Origin: Azolla caroliniana
Taxonomy: Eukaryota; Plantae; Polypodiophyta
Reading direction: 5' to 3'
DNA: 64,000 nucleotides
Assembly (NCBI GenBank): GCA_043228905.1
Contig: JBHGNT010000007.1
Location: forward strand, 20,150,001-20,214,000
Part shown: positions 21,802 to 34,500 of the stretch, piece after piece
Layout: each line of letters opens with the position of its first letter
Position numbering within the stretch: position 1 is the stretch's first letter
Translations under genes and position numbers: made by a program
Notes under the pieces: generated by a model
Seen by the model: only the letters and a program-made list of their open reading frames with translations
Told to the model about the DNA's origin: nothing
Databases searched by the model: none

Positions 21802-24800
21802 ATGACTAGATCAATGCACGACCTGGTTAATGATCGAACTCGACGTCTTGCCGAAAGGCAAAGGAGACGTGAGGCATTCCAACAAGCGGCGCAGGAAATT
21901 AGAGCGGATCGCTCGTTTTCCATAGTAATCCGGAGAGTAGCAGAGGAGTCCCTCTGGTTACAGCAAACATCGCACCCGGACGACGACAGCAACCTAAGCA
22001 GCCTCCGGGAAACCGAATCCCTTCTCCGGTGTTGGCAAGCGGAGAAGGCGAAGCAAAAGCCTTTTCAGCGTATGAATCGGATTTCGAAGGGGAATACATC
22101 GTGCACACGAACTACCGTAGCAGCAACGAAACCCCGGGCAGACCGGAGGACGAAGGATCAGACACCTTACCGACACCGGAACCGGAATTGCTAAGGCTGG
22201 AACCTCCGGAACCAAAAGCAGAGGAAGAGCAACCTCTGACACCAGAAGTCGAGGAGGAGAGGCCTCCATCACCAAAAGAAGAGGAAAGACCACCGACGCC
22301 GGAAACAAATCAGGAAAGACCACCGACGCTGGAGAAAAACCAGGAACGACCACCAACACCACCAGCCCGCGCACCGATACCGGACGACGACATGTCGTTC
22401 CAGTACTCCAAGTATAGAGATGACTTCCGCACAAGTACCATCAACCAGGTCATTGACCGGGTGAGAGAGATGGAAAAGACAAGCTCCTGGCTCACACTGG
22501 GAGCACTCCAACAGGCGTTACCGTCCGATGAAGACCTCCGGTTTCGGCAAGCAATACAGTGCACAACCTGCTTGAATTCCGGACACTCAGCACTAGAATG
22601 CACTATGAGGACGCAATGTGTAATCTGTCAATCCAAGGGCCATACGACGGATAGGTGCGAGTATAATCTATTGAACCGGCAAGCACCGCCCGTCCGACAA
22701 ATAGAGCCACGCAACAGCTGGGATGAAGAAGAGGAACTCTGGCGACGAATGGACCGCGACCGACCGGCACAGGATGTCCGGTATGGCGATAGACGGGAGA
22801 ATGATGTCCGGTACGGTGATCGGCGGGATAACTACGACTGGCAGGATAGATATGATTGGTACCAGGATTACAATAGACGATATGAACATTACGACCGGGA
22901 GCACTCCCCCGGGTATCGTCAGCAACGGGAGGAATACGGCAGATATAACGACCAACCTCGTCAAGAGTACCGCAATAAGAAGAACTATAACAAAAAACGG
23001 CATTTCAAAAAAGGCGGCTACCCACAGGATCCGGAACAAGGAGCTTCAAGCAGCCAACTGGCCCAAAACCCTGCGCTTACCATGGGACCTGCCTCGGGTA
23101 CAACAGACAATGCCGAATCCAGCAATACCCGGAAAGCCTACTGCTACTACTGCCGACAGGAAGGCCATTATAGTAATCAATGCCCGACGAAGAGCTATGA
23201 CAAACGACCGGCAGTAAATATGGTAGTCCCTGAAGTGGCAGATCTGCAGCAGGTGACCACAAGGTCGAAGGGCATGGCCAAGGAATGGGAGACGCAGGAG
23301 ACCATTCGGAAGCAAGCGACGGAATGGGTGAAAAAAGCAAACGAGCAAAATGTCATAGACTTACAGCGGCAAAAGGAGAATACCGTAGGGCTTGCCAGCG
23401 GCAGTTACTCCGAGAACGAGACATGGCTGGAGTTGCAAGAATGCCAGATTACGCTACCACTAGGAAGACTCCTACAGCTCGTGCCAAGATTCACGAAAGG
23501 ACTGAAGACGGCCATGGAGGCAGGAGAATCATCACCGGCACCGGTACTCTTCTCGAATCCGGAGGAGGGACCAACGGTGGTGGACACCAACAGTCCGGTA
23601 ATCATTGCCATTGTAAAAGGGAAAGAACTCCCCGGCACAGATATAGACGGAGGCTCCGGGGTGAATGTAATAAGCCTCCGGACGTGTGATGCCCTGGGAA
23701 TCCACGAGTGGGAGCCATGTCCGTTCTGGTTACGAATGGCCGATACAAGCTCAGTGCGGCCGACAGGATTAATACGAAAATTAGAAGTCACCGTTGGCGG
23801 TCATACATTTCACATCTCGGCAGTAGTGCTACAATTACAGGCACAAGGCGCATACTCGCTATTGCTGGGGCGGCCGTGGTTGAAAACGGCACATATCAAA
23901 CAAAATTGGAGGAAAAATATAATTACCTTCCGACGAGGAAAAGCCAAGGTACGGGTACCAACACAACCAAGGACGAGCACTGGCAAGGAATGTACACCAT
24001 TGTATGCAGACTACGTCAACATGCTAGAAGGGTTAGCTGACGAAGAAGAAGCTCAGTACTTGCAGGAAAACCCGAAGATCGTACCCCTCTTCGAAATTGA
24101 CATTGCCGAAGCAGTAGCACCATACTTACCGCAACCGTAAGAACCTGAAGCAGAACCGGATAAAGACGCAATCCGAGAGTTACAACAAGCGCAGGAAGCG
24201 TTGGAACTTGAAATGGCCGTTTCACAACGCGTAAAAGCATCGCAACTTGAAGAGGTGAACCTAGGGACCTTGGACGAAGCAAAACCGGTGCACATCGCCA
24301 AGGAGATGAATTCTGAAGACAAAACGACGATGATCACACTTCTCACGGAATTTCGCGACGTGTTCGCTTGGTCATACGAAGACATGCGAGGACTCGACCC
24401 TCAGTTATACCAACATCAGATTCACTTGAGCAAGGACGCAAAACCAGTGGCACAAAGACGGTACCGGATGAATCCCAATTATGCCGCCAAAGTCAAGGAG
24501 GAAATCGACAAACTGCTAAGAGTTGGCTTTATCCGTCCGGTAAAGAAAGCGACATGCCTGAGCCCGATCGTAGTCGTACCGAAGAAGAACGGAAAAATTC
24601 AAGTTTGTGTGGACTACCGGAAACTCAATGCGGCTACGGTAACGTATGGGTTTCCACTTCCCTTCACAGATGGAATGTTGGATGCCGTCGCCGGCCATGA
24701 GGTCTATAGCTTTCTAGACGGATTTAGCGGGTATAATCAGATCCGGATGCACCCCGCCGACCAAGAGAAAACGGCTTTTGTCATCGAATGGGGGGTGTTT

Positions 24801-27226
24801 GTGGCCGTGGTGATGATGTCCGGACTCAAAACGGCACCGGCAACATTTCAACGAATCATCATGGAAATCTTTGGTGAATATATCCCGACTTTTATGCAGG
24901 TTTTCCTTGACGATTTCTCCGTCTATAGCTGGGAGGAGGACCAATTTCAGCACCTCCGTCTTTGTCTAGAAAAGTGTCGAGCGTACCGGCTAAGCTTGAA
25001 TCCGGAAAAGTGTGTATTTGGCGTATCCAGTGGAACCTTATTAGGACATATTGTGAGCCAGGAAGGTATTGCAGTCGACCCGGACTAAGTGAAAGCCATA
25101 TTAGAAGCACTGGCGCTGGCAACGGCAAAGGCATTGAGCCGGTTCTTAGGACAGATCTGGTGGCACAGCCGGATGCTCCGATACTTGGCCGACCTGGCTA
25201 TGCCATTGCATGCCGCTGTACATCGGACACCATTCCAGTGGACCGACACCGAGGATAGGGCGTATAGGGCCGTCAAGGTACTATTGTGGCAAGCACCGGT
25301 AGTACAGCCTCCGGATTGGAGTAAAGAATTTCATGTGTTCGTGGACGCCTCCGACATCGCAATCGGAAGCGTACTGATGCAGCTTACGGAGCCAATGTGG
25401 TAACGGCCAGTGTACTATGCTAGCCGAAAGCTATCCCAAGCGGAACGAAACTACTCTACCACGGAACGGGAAGCTCTAGGGATGATCTACAGTGTGACAA
25501 AGTTTCGGCATTATTTATTGGGAAGGAAGTTTTCCTTCCATGTAGATCATTCGACACTCCTTTACCTGGTGTCCAAGGCGTCATTCACCGGTAAGTTGGC
25601 CCGGTGGACCTTACTGTTACAGGAATTCGAGTTTGAAATATTCCACCGACCCGGTATACAGCATGCCGTGGCGGATTACTTAAGCCGATTAGAGTCCGGA
25701 GAGACGGGTGACGGAGTAGCGGACGAGTTTCCGGATGCGGAGCTGTTTCGAGTCACTACGGAAACGGCAACAGATGAGACGGTGGCACAGGAAGACAAGT
25801 GGCTCACAAATATGCACCAGTTTCTGAGCACAGGACTGCCTCCGGAAGAGATGAACTGGGACGAAAGGAAACACCTGGCAGTGCAAAGCCGACATTTCTG
25901 CTTACTGCGAGACACACTTTACCACAAGGGTGCGGATGGCATATGGAGACGGGCTGTGCACAACGATGAAAAGGACCTGATACTGAGGGAAGCCCACTAC
26001 GGAGTTGCCGGAGGTCACTATGCCGGAGATGCGACGGCCAGGAAAATATGGCAATGTGGCCTATGGTGGCCAACTAAATTAAGAGATGTTGTACGGTACG
26101 CAAAAGAATGTGACCTATGCCAGCGAATGGGCCAGCCAACGGAGCAGGCTCGGATGCCACACCAGCCTGTACTACCACTCAAACCATTCCAGAAGTGGGG
26201 GCTGGACTTTGTTGGACCGTTCAAACCACCGGCAATGAGAACAGGTAATCGGTACGTCATCGTTGCGACGGATTACTGCACGAAATGGGTGGAGGCCAAA
26301 GCCTTAAGAGACAACAACATTGCGTCAACGGCAAAATTTCTATACGAGTACATCTGGTGCCGTTACGGATGCCCAATCGAATTAATAAGCGACCAAGGGG
26401 GGCACTTTCTCGGCCAAGTAGTTGAAAGCCTGACGACATTCTATGCCGTCGTCCATAAACGGAGCACACCATACTATCCGAAAGCAAACGGGTTAGCTGA
26501 ATCGACGAACAAAACACTCCAGAATATCCTCCGGAAGATCGTCAACGAAAACCGAACGGATTGGGATAGCAAGCTACATAGTGCGCTTTGGGCATACCGG
26601 ACGGCATACAAAACGAGCATCCAACAACACCGTTCCGGTTAGCGTTCGGACTAGAGGCGGTAATGCCGGTGGAATTCCAAGTACCCAGCTTACGGATCCA
26701 ACTACGGGAACAGCTGAACGAGAAGGAGTCGGAGGCAATACGGTTAACAACGTTGTGTGAACTCGAGGAACAACGACAGGCAAGCATCCTGCACTTAGAA
26801 TTGGAACAATGGCGACGGAAAGCATTTGTCGACCGGCACAGGAAAGGAAACGAAAAAATGTTCACAATCGGCAAACCGGTGTTAGTATTTCAGACCCGAA
26901 TGGGCAAGATGCCGGGAAAACTACAGTTTAGATGGACCGGCCCGTATTGGCTGACACGTGAGTATAATGGGTCATACTAGTTAGGGACACTTGCCGGCGA
27001 AGTGCTAGGCAAATGGGTCAACGGATTCCGATTGAAGCCATATAGAGGACCGATGCCTAAGAACCCATTTGAGCAAAGGACCGTCACCGGTGAGGAAATG
27101 GCAACCTGTGAGGGGAACGGCAACCACCAAGACGGAGGAGACGGCAAGCCGGTAACAGGGGAGAATGAGGCAACGGCAAACCGTAATGAGGCCGGTAAGG
27201 GTCCGATAGGACCAACGGACAAGTAA
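21802..27226 (+). pseudogene. gag-pol: B2 gag-pol (gag, PR, RT, RH, INT) with stops, frameshifts and capsid deletion
   Basis: Three CCHC knuckles, PR IDGGSGVN, RT VDYRKLN..FLDD, RH VDASD..YYASR, INT HHCC/DDE/WTGPY. Confidence 0.93.
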
Positions 27227-27595
27227 CCTCACACTAACAGTAAAAATAAAAAAATAAAAACGAAGTAATCATGCAAAAGCAAGGTATGAATGGACGAGAG
27301 AGCGAGGAGCGAAAAGGTACGTAGTGGGCATTTAAGCGCCACCACAGGACATAATGCTATTTTAGTACACGACGTGCACACACTCGAAAAAGGCGCCAGA
27401 ATGCACAGAGAAAAACCACTGCGCGTGGAGACCCTCTACTTTCGCGAACCCAGGAGCACAGAAGCACCAAGGCACTGCAAGATCATCAGACGAGAACCTA
27501 TGCACAGAGAACCCCCGCCTGCTGAACTCTCTCTCTCTCAATCTCACTCTCATCACCATCCAACCTCGCCACCCCAATCCGACCTCGACACAGAC

Positions 27596-28871
27596 ATGAA
27601 CCCGCAAACAGGATCGGAAGCCGCCAAGAAATGGCTAAAGCAACACGGGCTCGAGGGCTTCTTGATGATTATGGATGTACCGCCACACAAAGAAGCCGAC
27701 AAGGTGATCAAAGAAATCGACACAGAGGTCATAACGGGGGAGGCGATTCGAGCGTTAACAGGCCTTCCGGAGGGAGGCATACTCATCAAGTATTTTGGTG
27801 AGTACTCCCTAGCAAGCAAGGGCTACCGGACACAGGGTGGCGGAGATATGTTGTTCCGCGAGATTGCCTGTGTGCTCCAGGAATACGGCCATGTGTACCC
27901 CAGAACCCCTGTCATGCTGTAGAACTGGGCAGGGATGATCGTCGCCACCTATGAAGGGATCAAGGTGGATTGGACGGTATTGATTGCAGATGTGTGCAGC
28001 GATCGAGATCGTCAGAGGAAAAGACGACAAAGAAGGCCAAGAAGGACGGAGGATATGGCACGCAGTAACGCAGTGGCTCACCTTGCTTGTGCCACCCGTC
28101 GAGCCCGTCGAGCCCAAGAAGCGGGGAAGAGTGGCGGAAGGCACCCCAAAGACGGCTTCCAAAAGACAACAACTGTTGGCCTCTAAGGCCACTAAGGGGA
28201 AGGCGGCAGACGCAAAACAGGCGGGAAAGGAGAGCGACAGCCGGAAGCGACCAACGGATGCGCAGGAGGAACCACCGGTACGGCCCGTAAAGGTTACACT
28301 CCGCCGACCGGTGAATAGAGTAGCGGACCCGTTGGCGGCAATACTCAATGCCGGGACTCAGGAAGAGGAAATAGAGGACGAGCCTACGAAGCACCTCCAG
28401 GGACGGTCATCGGCAAGGACCATTGAGGCAGCTGAGAAACGTTCGGACCCTCAAACGGAGGGAACACCGGCTCCCCATATTGAGACTCCCACGCCAAGGG
28501 AGGAACCGGAACCGGTGTGCATGGCACCGGAATCAGAAGCCCCGACACCACCGGCAACACCGGCAAGCCCCATCCCACCAGAGCCGGAAAGGTCAATGCA
28601 GCCTCCCTCGGCCAACGAAGAAGAAGTGCAAGGGGAACTAGGACAGCAGGGTGGTCCACGGGCAGAAACGGAATTGCAACTCGGCACAAAATGCGGCGGA
28701 AATCCAATTCTTTCGGGCAGACGTGGCAAACCGGCGGAAGGAAGGAGATGATTGTTACACGATGACTTCCGAGGACTTCACCACCATACGGGACGATCTG
28801 GCCGACGACTTCCAAGTCCTGGCGGATGAACAACTGGCGCAGGTCCGGCAACTCGTAGCTCAGCTAGACGG
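27596..28871 (+). pseudogene. B2 extra 3' ORF, deleted and frameshifted
   Basis: Homologous to 6285-7410 and 8558-8740. Confidence 0.85.
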
Positions 28872-31537
28872 CTGAGAGAAAAGACAAGTCGAAAGGTGTT
28901 TGAAGGCGTGTAGAGCCTTGGACCCCGACGACACGGTAAGTGGCGGTGTGGAGGTGGTCTCATTCGACGACACCCTCGTGGAAATCGAGAGGGTAGTCGA
29001 GGAGGATCTTTGTGAAGATCAGATTATTCTAGTCGGTTCAGTTGAAATGTACGAAGTCATCACGGACTTTGGGAGGATGGTTGGGTTGGATTGGACCGCT
29101 CGAGTGGACACTAAGTACAAGAATGTGGACCGGAAGGTGGGGCCAGTCACGACTCCCTTGCCGGAGGACAGTTGGGAGCACATGAAAGGGGTCACAACCG
29201 ACCCGACTTTGCGAGATCCGGTCGACATAGGACACCGGTTCACCGACGAGACGCTACAAGAGTTGAAGATCGATGGGGGTGGCTTCCTATTGCTGGCGGA
29301 GGAGGATTAGTTTCGAAGGATGCTTGGAAGGCACAAGAAAGCCTTCGCATCCTTGCTGGGGGAGATCAGGTGCGTTAACCCGACAATAGTAGAACCAATG
29401 GTGATCTTCATGGTACAACATGTGTCGTGGAGTTTCAGACCAATTCTAGAACTGAGGGCTCACATCTCGAAGTTGGTGGAGCTACTCAAGTAGAAGGTGG
29501 AGATGGGGATTCTTGAGTCGTGCTCCTTATTCGAAAGGCTGGTTTACAGAGGAGGACTGGTTTCGGAGGATGCTTGGAAAGCATGGGAAAGCCTTCGCAT
29601 CCTTGTCAGGGGAGATCGGGTGCGTCGACCCAACAATCGTAGAACCAATGGTGATCTTCATGGTACCACACGTGCCATGGAGTCTCAGACCGATTCCGGA
29701 ATCGAGGGTTCACATCTCGAAGTTGGTAGAGCTGCTCAAGTAGAAGGTGGAGATGGGGATTCTCGAGCTGTGGAGTGCTCCTTATTCAAATGGTTGGTTT
29801 ACGGTGCCAAAGAAGAATGACATGTTGCGCTTTATATAGGACCTGAAACCCATCAACAAAGGTGACAATCCAGAATGTAGGAGTCAGACCAACCATTGAT
29901 GAGTTCGTGGAGGCCTTTGCCGGAAGGTCAATCTACTCGGTCGGGGATCTATACTTCGGGTACGACTAGTTCTAGCTAGCCTTGGAGATGAGGGATATCA
30001 CGACGATGTGATCCCCACTCGGCCTAGTTCGGATCTGTAACCTACCTCAAGGAGGAACCAATCCGGTAGCACACATGGTGAATGCGATGAACAAAGTATT
30101 GAGGGACTACATCTCGAACCTCACCATGCCATTTTTGGACGACATCCCGATCAAGGGATGTCTTGAGGATGCAAAGGATGAGTCGATTGGAGAGGGCGGG
30201 TGCTAGAGGTTTGTCGCAGACCACATCTCCGATTGCGAGAAGATACTGCAGAGGCTTGATGGCGCTCGGCTTACCTTCTCCGAGGAGAAGTTGGGTTTCG
30301 GAAAACCTGGTGGTCGGTCACCTATGCGGACCGTATGGCCGGAAACCGTCTCTGGCGAAGGTAGAGGCCATCTTGGCGATGAGAGAAGCGTGCAGGTTGG
30401 TCACGGAAGAATGAAGATTCTTGGGAGCATGCACCCTTCACCACATTGGATCTCGTACTATGTGCATATCATCGAGCTACTCTACGGCTTGCTAAAAAAA
30501 AGACGAAATTCGAATGGGACGAAGAGCACACGGAGGTGGTCTAGAGACTAAAGAAGATGCTGACAGAGGCCCCGGCTCTACGAAAAGCAGGGTACAAGGG
30601 AGACACTCTGGTCTATGTGACGGTGGATACAAGTCTGACCGGAATCAGGTGGGTGGTCAATCAGGAGGACGAAGCCGACGCGCATTACCCGATCCGGTTT
30701 GGTGCGAAGGTGTTAAGTGAGCGGCAACAAGGATACGCCCAGGTTAAATAAGCACTGTGGGGTATTGTTTCAACGGTCAAGGCAAATAAAGATTATTTGA
30801 TTGGGACAAAGGTAATCATAGAGATGGACTGCCTACCGATTCTCAATATGGTTTCCGGATGCTCGACTCCAGACCTGGTGATGCTCAGGTGGATCGCGTA
30901 CATCAAGTCCCTGAATCCGGAGATACGGCACATCTCCGGGAAAGTCAACACCATGATCGACATGCTATTGAGGGCATGGTATGATGACGAAAACGACATG
31001 GTATTGGAGGACGACGAAGTCAACGTGGACTTGTTTGAGTCAGCTCAAATGTCGGCGAATCAACGAAGCACTTTGGCCCTAAATGAGTTCGATGGGGAGT
31101 GCCTTCAGATCAATCGGTTCCTAAGCACGACGGCATCGGACACCGACATGCTATTGAGGGCATGGTATGATAACGAAAACGGCATGGTATTGGAGGATGA
31201 CGAAGTCAGCGTGGACTTGTTCGAGTCAGCTCAAATGTCGGCGAATCAACGAAGCACTTCGGCCCTAAACGAGTTTGATGGGGAGTGGCCTCAAATCAAT
31301 CGGTTCCTAAGCACGATGGTGCCGGACACGACATGAACAAAATATGAAGCTACCCAAATCCAGAAGAAGGCATACCCGTTCATCCTACGAGACGAGAAGA
31401 TTTGGCGGCATCTAAAGAAGCAGACCGGCACACCACTCCAAGTGATGACAAAGGAGGAGGAACGGTCAGTGCTTGTGTCAGAGTTCCATGAGAGTCCATG
31501 GTCCGTACACCGAGGAACATGGGTCACGTTCGAGAAG
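28872..31537 (+). pseudogene. pol: Gypsy A' pol (RT, RH, start of INT), heavily decayed; resumes at 37103-37279 after C1
   Basis: Homologous to A1 pol (TKYK..DPTLR..GHRFTDE, FLDDIPIKG, YPIRFGAK, WIAYIKSLNPE). HRGTW..FE|KLKEMYWW is continuous across the C1 insertion. Confidence 0.88.
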
Positions 31538-34500
31538 TATTGAGAGACAAGCTCAACATCGGCCGGATCGGTGCGTAAACCGGGAGGCCGTTAGGAAAGA
31601 TATTCCGTGAGGAATATATTTGGGAGTTAGTGTAGGAGCTCTTAATGAGCATTGAAGTACTGTTAGTACTTCTGTCAGTCCTTCTAGGACTTGTATAAAA
31701 GTGTTCATTGAACACACATATGTATAGAATGGTGAATAGAGATTGAGTATTTTTTGTTGAATATAGTTCTTGTGTCTTCTCTCTCTCTCACTCTCTCTGT
31801 CTCTCCCGTGTATACTGCGTAAGCTCAAGCTCTCCATCAAACCTGAGTTTTCTTCCTTCTGTTCGGTCTTCATACTTGCTTCCGCACGTTACTTTTTACA
31901 TGGTATCAGAGCGCAAGGGTTGAGAACCTCTCTGCAGCCGACACAGCTCGATGAAGAAGAACAAGAAGAACGATGGATAGAGGCATGACGAGCTCGCTTC
32001 CAACAGAGAAGCTCGACAGAACCAACTACGCATCATGGTCCTACAAGATGCACCAGTACCTGCTCGGGCACGGCTACTGGAGTTATGTCGAAGGAGCTAA
32101 TGACGCGGCACCCGAATCGACACACAGATACTTCCCGTCGTGGGAGCAATCGGCGAGCAAGGTATTATACTGCTTCGCATCGTGTGTGGGCGAATAACTA
32201 TTGAGCTATGTTCGGGATGCAAAGACGTCGAAGGGTGCGTGGGAAAATCTGAAGAAGATTTTCGCCGCGAGCACCGCAGCCAGGAAGCTTCAGCTCCGAC
32301 AAGAGTTGAGCAACCTATGACAACGCGACTTGTCGGTGGCGGACTATACCTCGAAGATCAAGGATATCTGTGACTCCCTCGCCTCCATAGAGGTGAACAT
32401 CGAGGAGAGCGAGACGGTCCAGATCTGTATCGGAGGTTTGGCGTCGAAGTTCGGAGCGTTCCGAACGGCTGTGTGTACCCGGGAGAATACGCCGTCCTTT
32501 TTCGACTTACAGTCAATGCTCCTGGTAGAGGAGAACCATGCGGGTGCGTCTACAAGCACGCACACCAACAGCAGAATGCTGTACACGGAGGGAGATAGGC
32601 CCCGTGGACGTGCAGGACGAGGCGAGTCGGCGCGCAATGGAGGCGGCTGACGAGATCAAAGAAGAAGGCACCGAAGTGATGCTGACAGCAACTCCGGACC
32701 CTTCGGAAACAGGGGGAGTCGAAGCGATGAGAACCGGCAAGGGAAGGCCATCGCAGAGTGCTGGTACTGTGGCAAGAAAGGCCACAAGGAAAGTGAGTGC
32801 TAGAAAAAGCGCGCCGATTCGGAGAGAACCGGTTCCGGAAACGGCTCCGGTCATACTGACAAGGGAAATCGGCAGCGATCGCACTACGCCGAAGACTTCG
32901 GGAGAGCCGGAGAAGGGTCTGCCTTCGTGACGAGACACGAAGCAAACTCAATGAAACAGACCACCCCGAGATCGGACGAGGTGTGGTACGTAGACTCCGG
33001 AGCGTCAAACCACATGACGAGCCATAAGGAGTGGTTCTTGTACCTTGAAAAACCAATACAACCTGGAGTAGTCGCAACTGGAGACAACACTCCGCATCCG
33101 ATTGCGAATGTCGGAGAAGTTCCCCTTAGCCATGTTGGGCAGAAAGGGAAACTCATGAACGTGCTACACGTTCCGACAATCACGAAGAACTTGGTCTCAG
33201 TCGGACAGATCGTCGACCAAGGGATGGAGGTTCGGTTTACACACCTCGGGTGCTTCATTGAGGAAGAAGGCCATGTGATTGCGCAAGGGCGCAGAGACGG
33301 GAGGATGTTCATCCTCGACTCCACTGACGGCGGCACCGCAATGTTCGCGAAGGGACAAAAATCCGAGTCGGACATCGACTTGTGGCACAAGCGGATAGGC
33401 CACGTCAACTACCAGCGGCTTCAAGATCTGCAATCGAAACAGGTAGTGTTCGGATTGCCCAAATTTAGTGGCCGAAAGGCACAAATTTGTGAAGCCTGCC
33501 AGCTCGGGAAGCAACACCGACTTCCTTTCCCAAACGAGTGAAACCGGATCCGGAACAAGATCGACCTTATACACTCCGATGTATGGGGGCTGACACAAAA
33601 CGTTAGTCTTGGCGGGAGCCGATATTTCGTCTCCTTCAACGACGACCACACACAGCACACGTGGATCTACCTCATTGAGAGGAAGAGCGAAGTCTTCGAC
33701 TGTTTCCAGAACCTCAAAGGGTTCGTGGAAACGCAAACGGGACGAAAGATCAAGTGCCTGCGGTCGGATGGCGGGAAAGAGTACTTTTCCGGTCAATTCA
33801 ACGGTTATCTACAACAAATGGGAATTCGGCGCGAATTCAGTTGTAGATACACGCCGGAGCAGAACGGCGTGGCCGAGAGGAAGAATCGGTCAGTTGTGGA
33901 AGCGGCACGGGCAATACTGGAGGAGAAGAGCTTGCCCAAGTTCTACTGGGCCGAGGCGGTAAAGACCGCGGTATACATCCCGAACCGGATCGGAGACAAG
34001 GTGTCAGCGCATGAGCTATATTTCGGAACAAAGCCGAACTTGCGACACTTGAGGGTGTTCGGTAGCATCGCGTATGTGCATGTACCGAAGGAGAAAAGGA
34101 GGAAGCTGGACACAAAGGCCGAGAAATGCATCTTGTTCGATTACTCGGACGAGTAGAAGGGTTATAAGTGCTATAACCCCCTCGCACCAAACAAGCGCGT
34201 GTTAGCTGCGACATTGTGTTTGACGAGTCCGCGTCCTGGTACCAGTCCCGGATTCCGAACCCCGAGTCCAATCCGAGCTCTGACGATGAGGTCAGCGAGG
34301 CCGAGATGCCTCCGGATGAGCCCGAAATCGAGACCCGCGAAGAGAGTCCGATTTCACTCCGTTTAAGTGGACCGATTGGACGACTGAGTCGGTACGACCA
34401 GTCCGATGAAGAGCCGGCGAGTAGTGGAGACTCGGCTATGCATTCCCCGCGCAGGAAGTCGAGGAGACGTCTTACGCGCAAAGATAAAGGGAAGAAGAAG

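Larger units (their letters stand above)
21312..28871 (+). mobile_element. Gypsy B2, 3'-truncated (3' LTR lost by deletion)
   Basis: 5' LTR 21312-21748, PBS, gag-pol and partial extra ORF; joins A' pol abruptly at ~28872. Confidence 0.92.
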
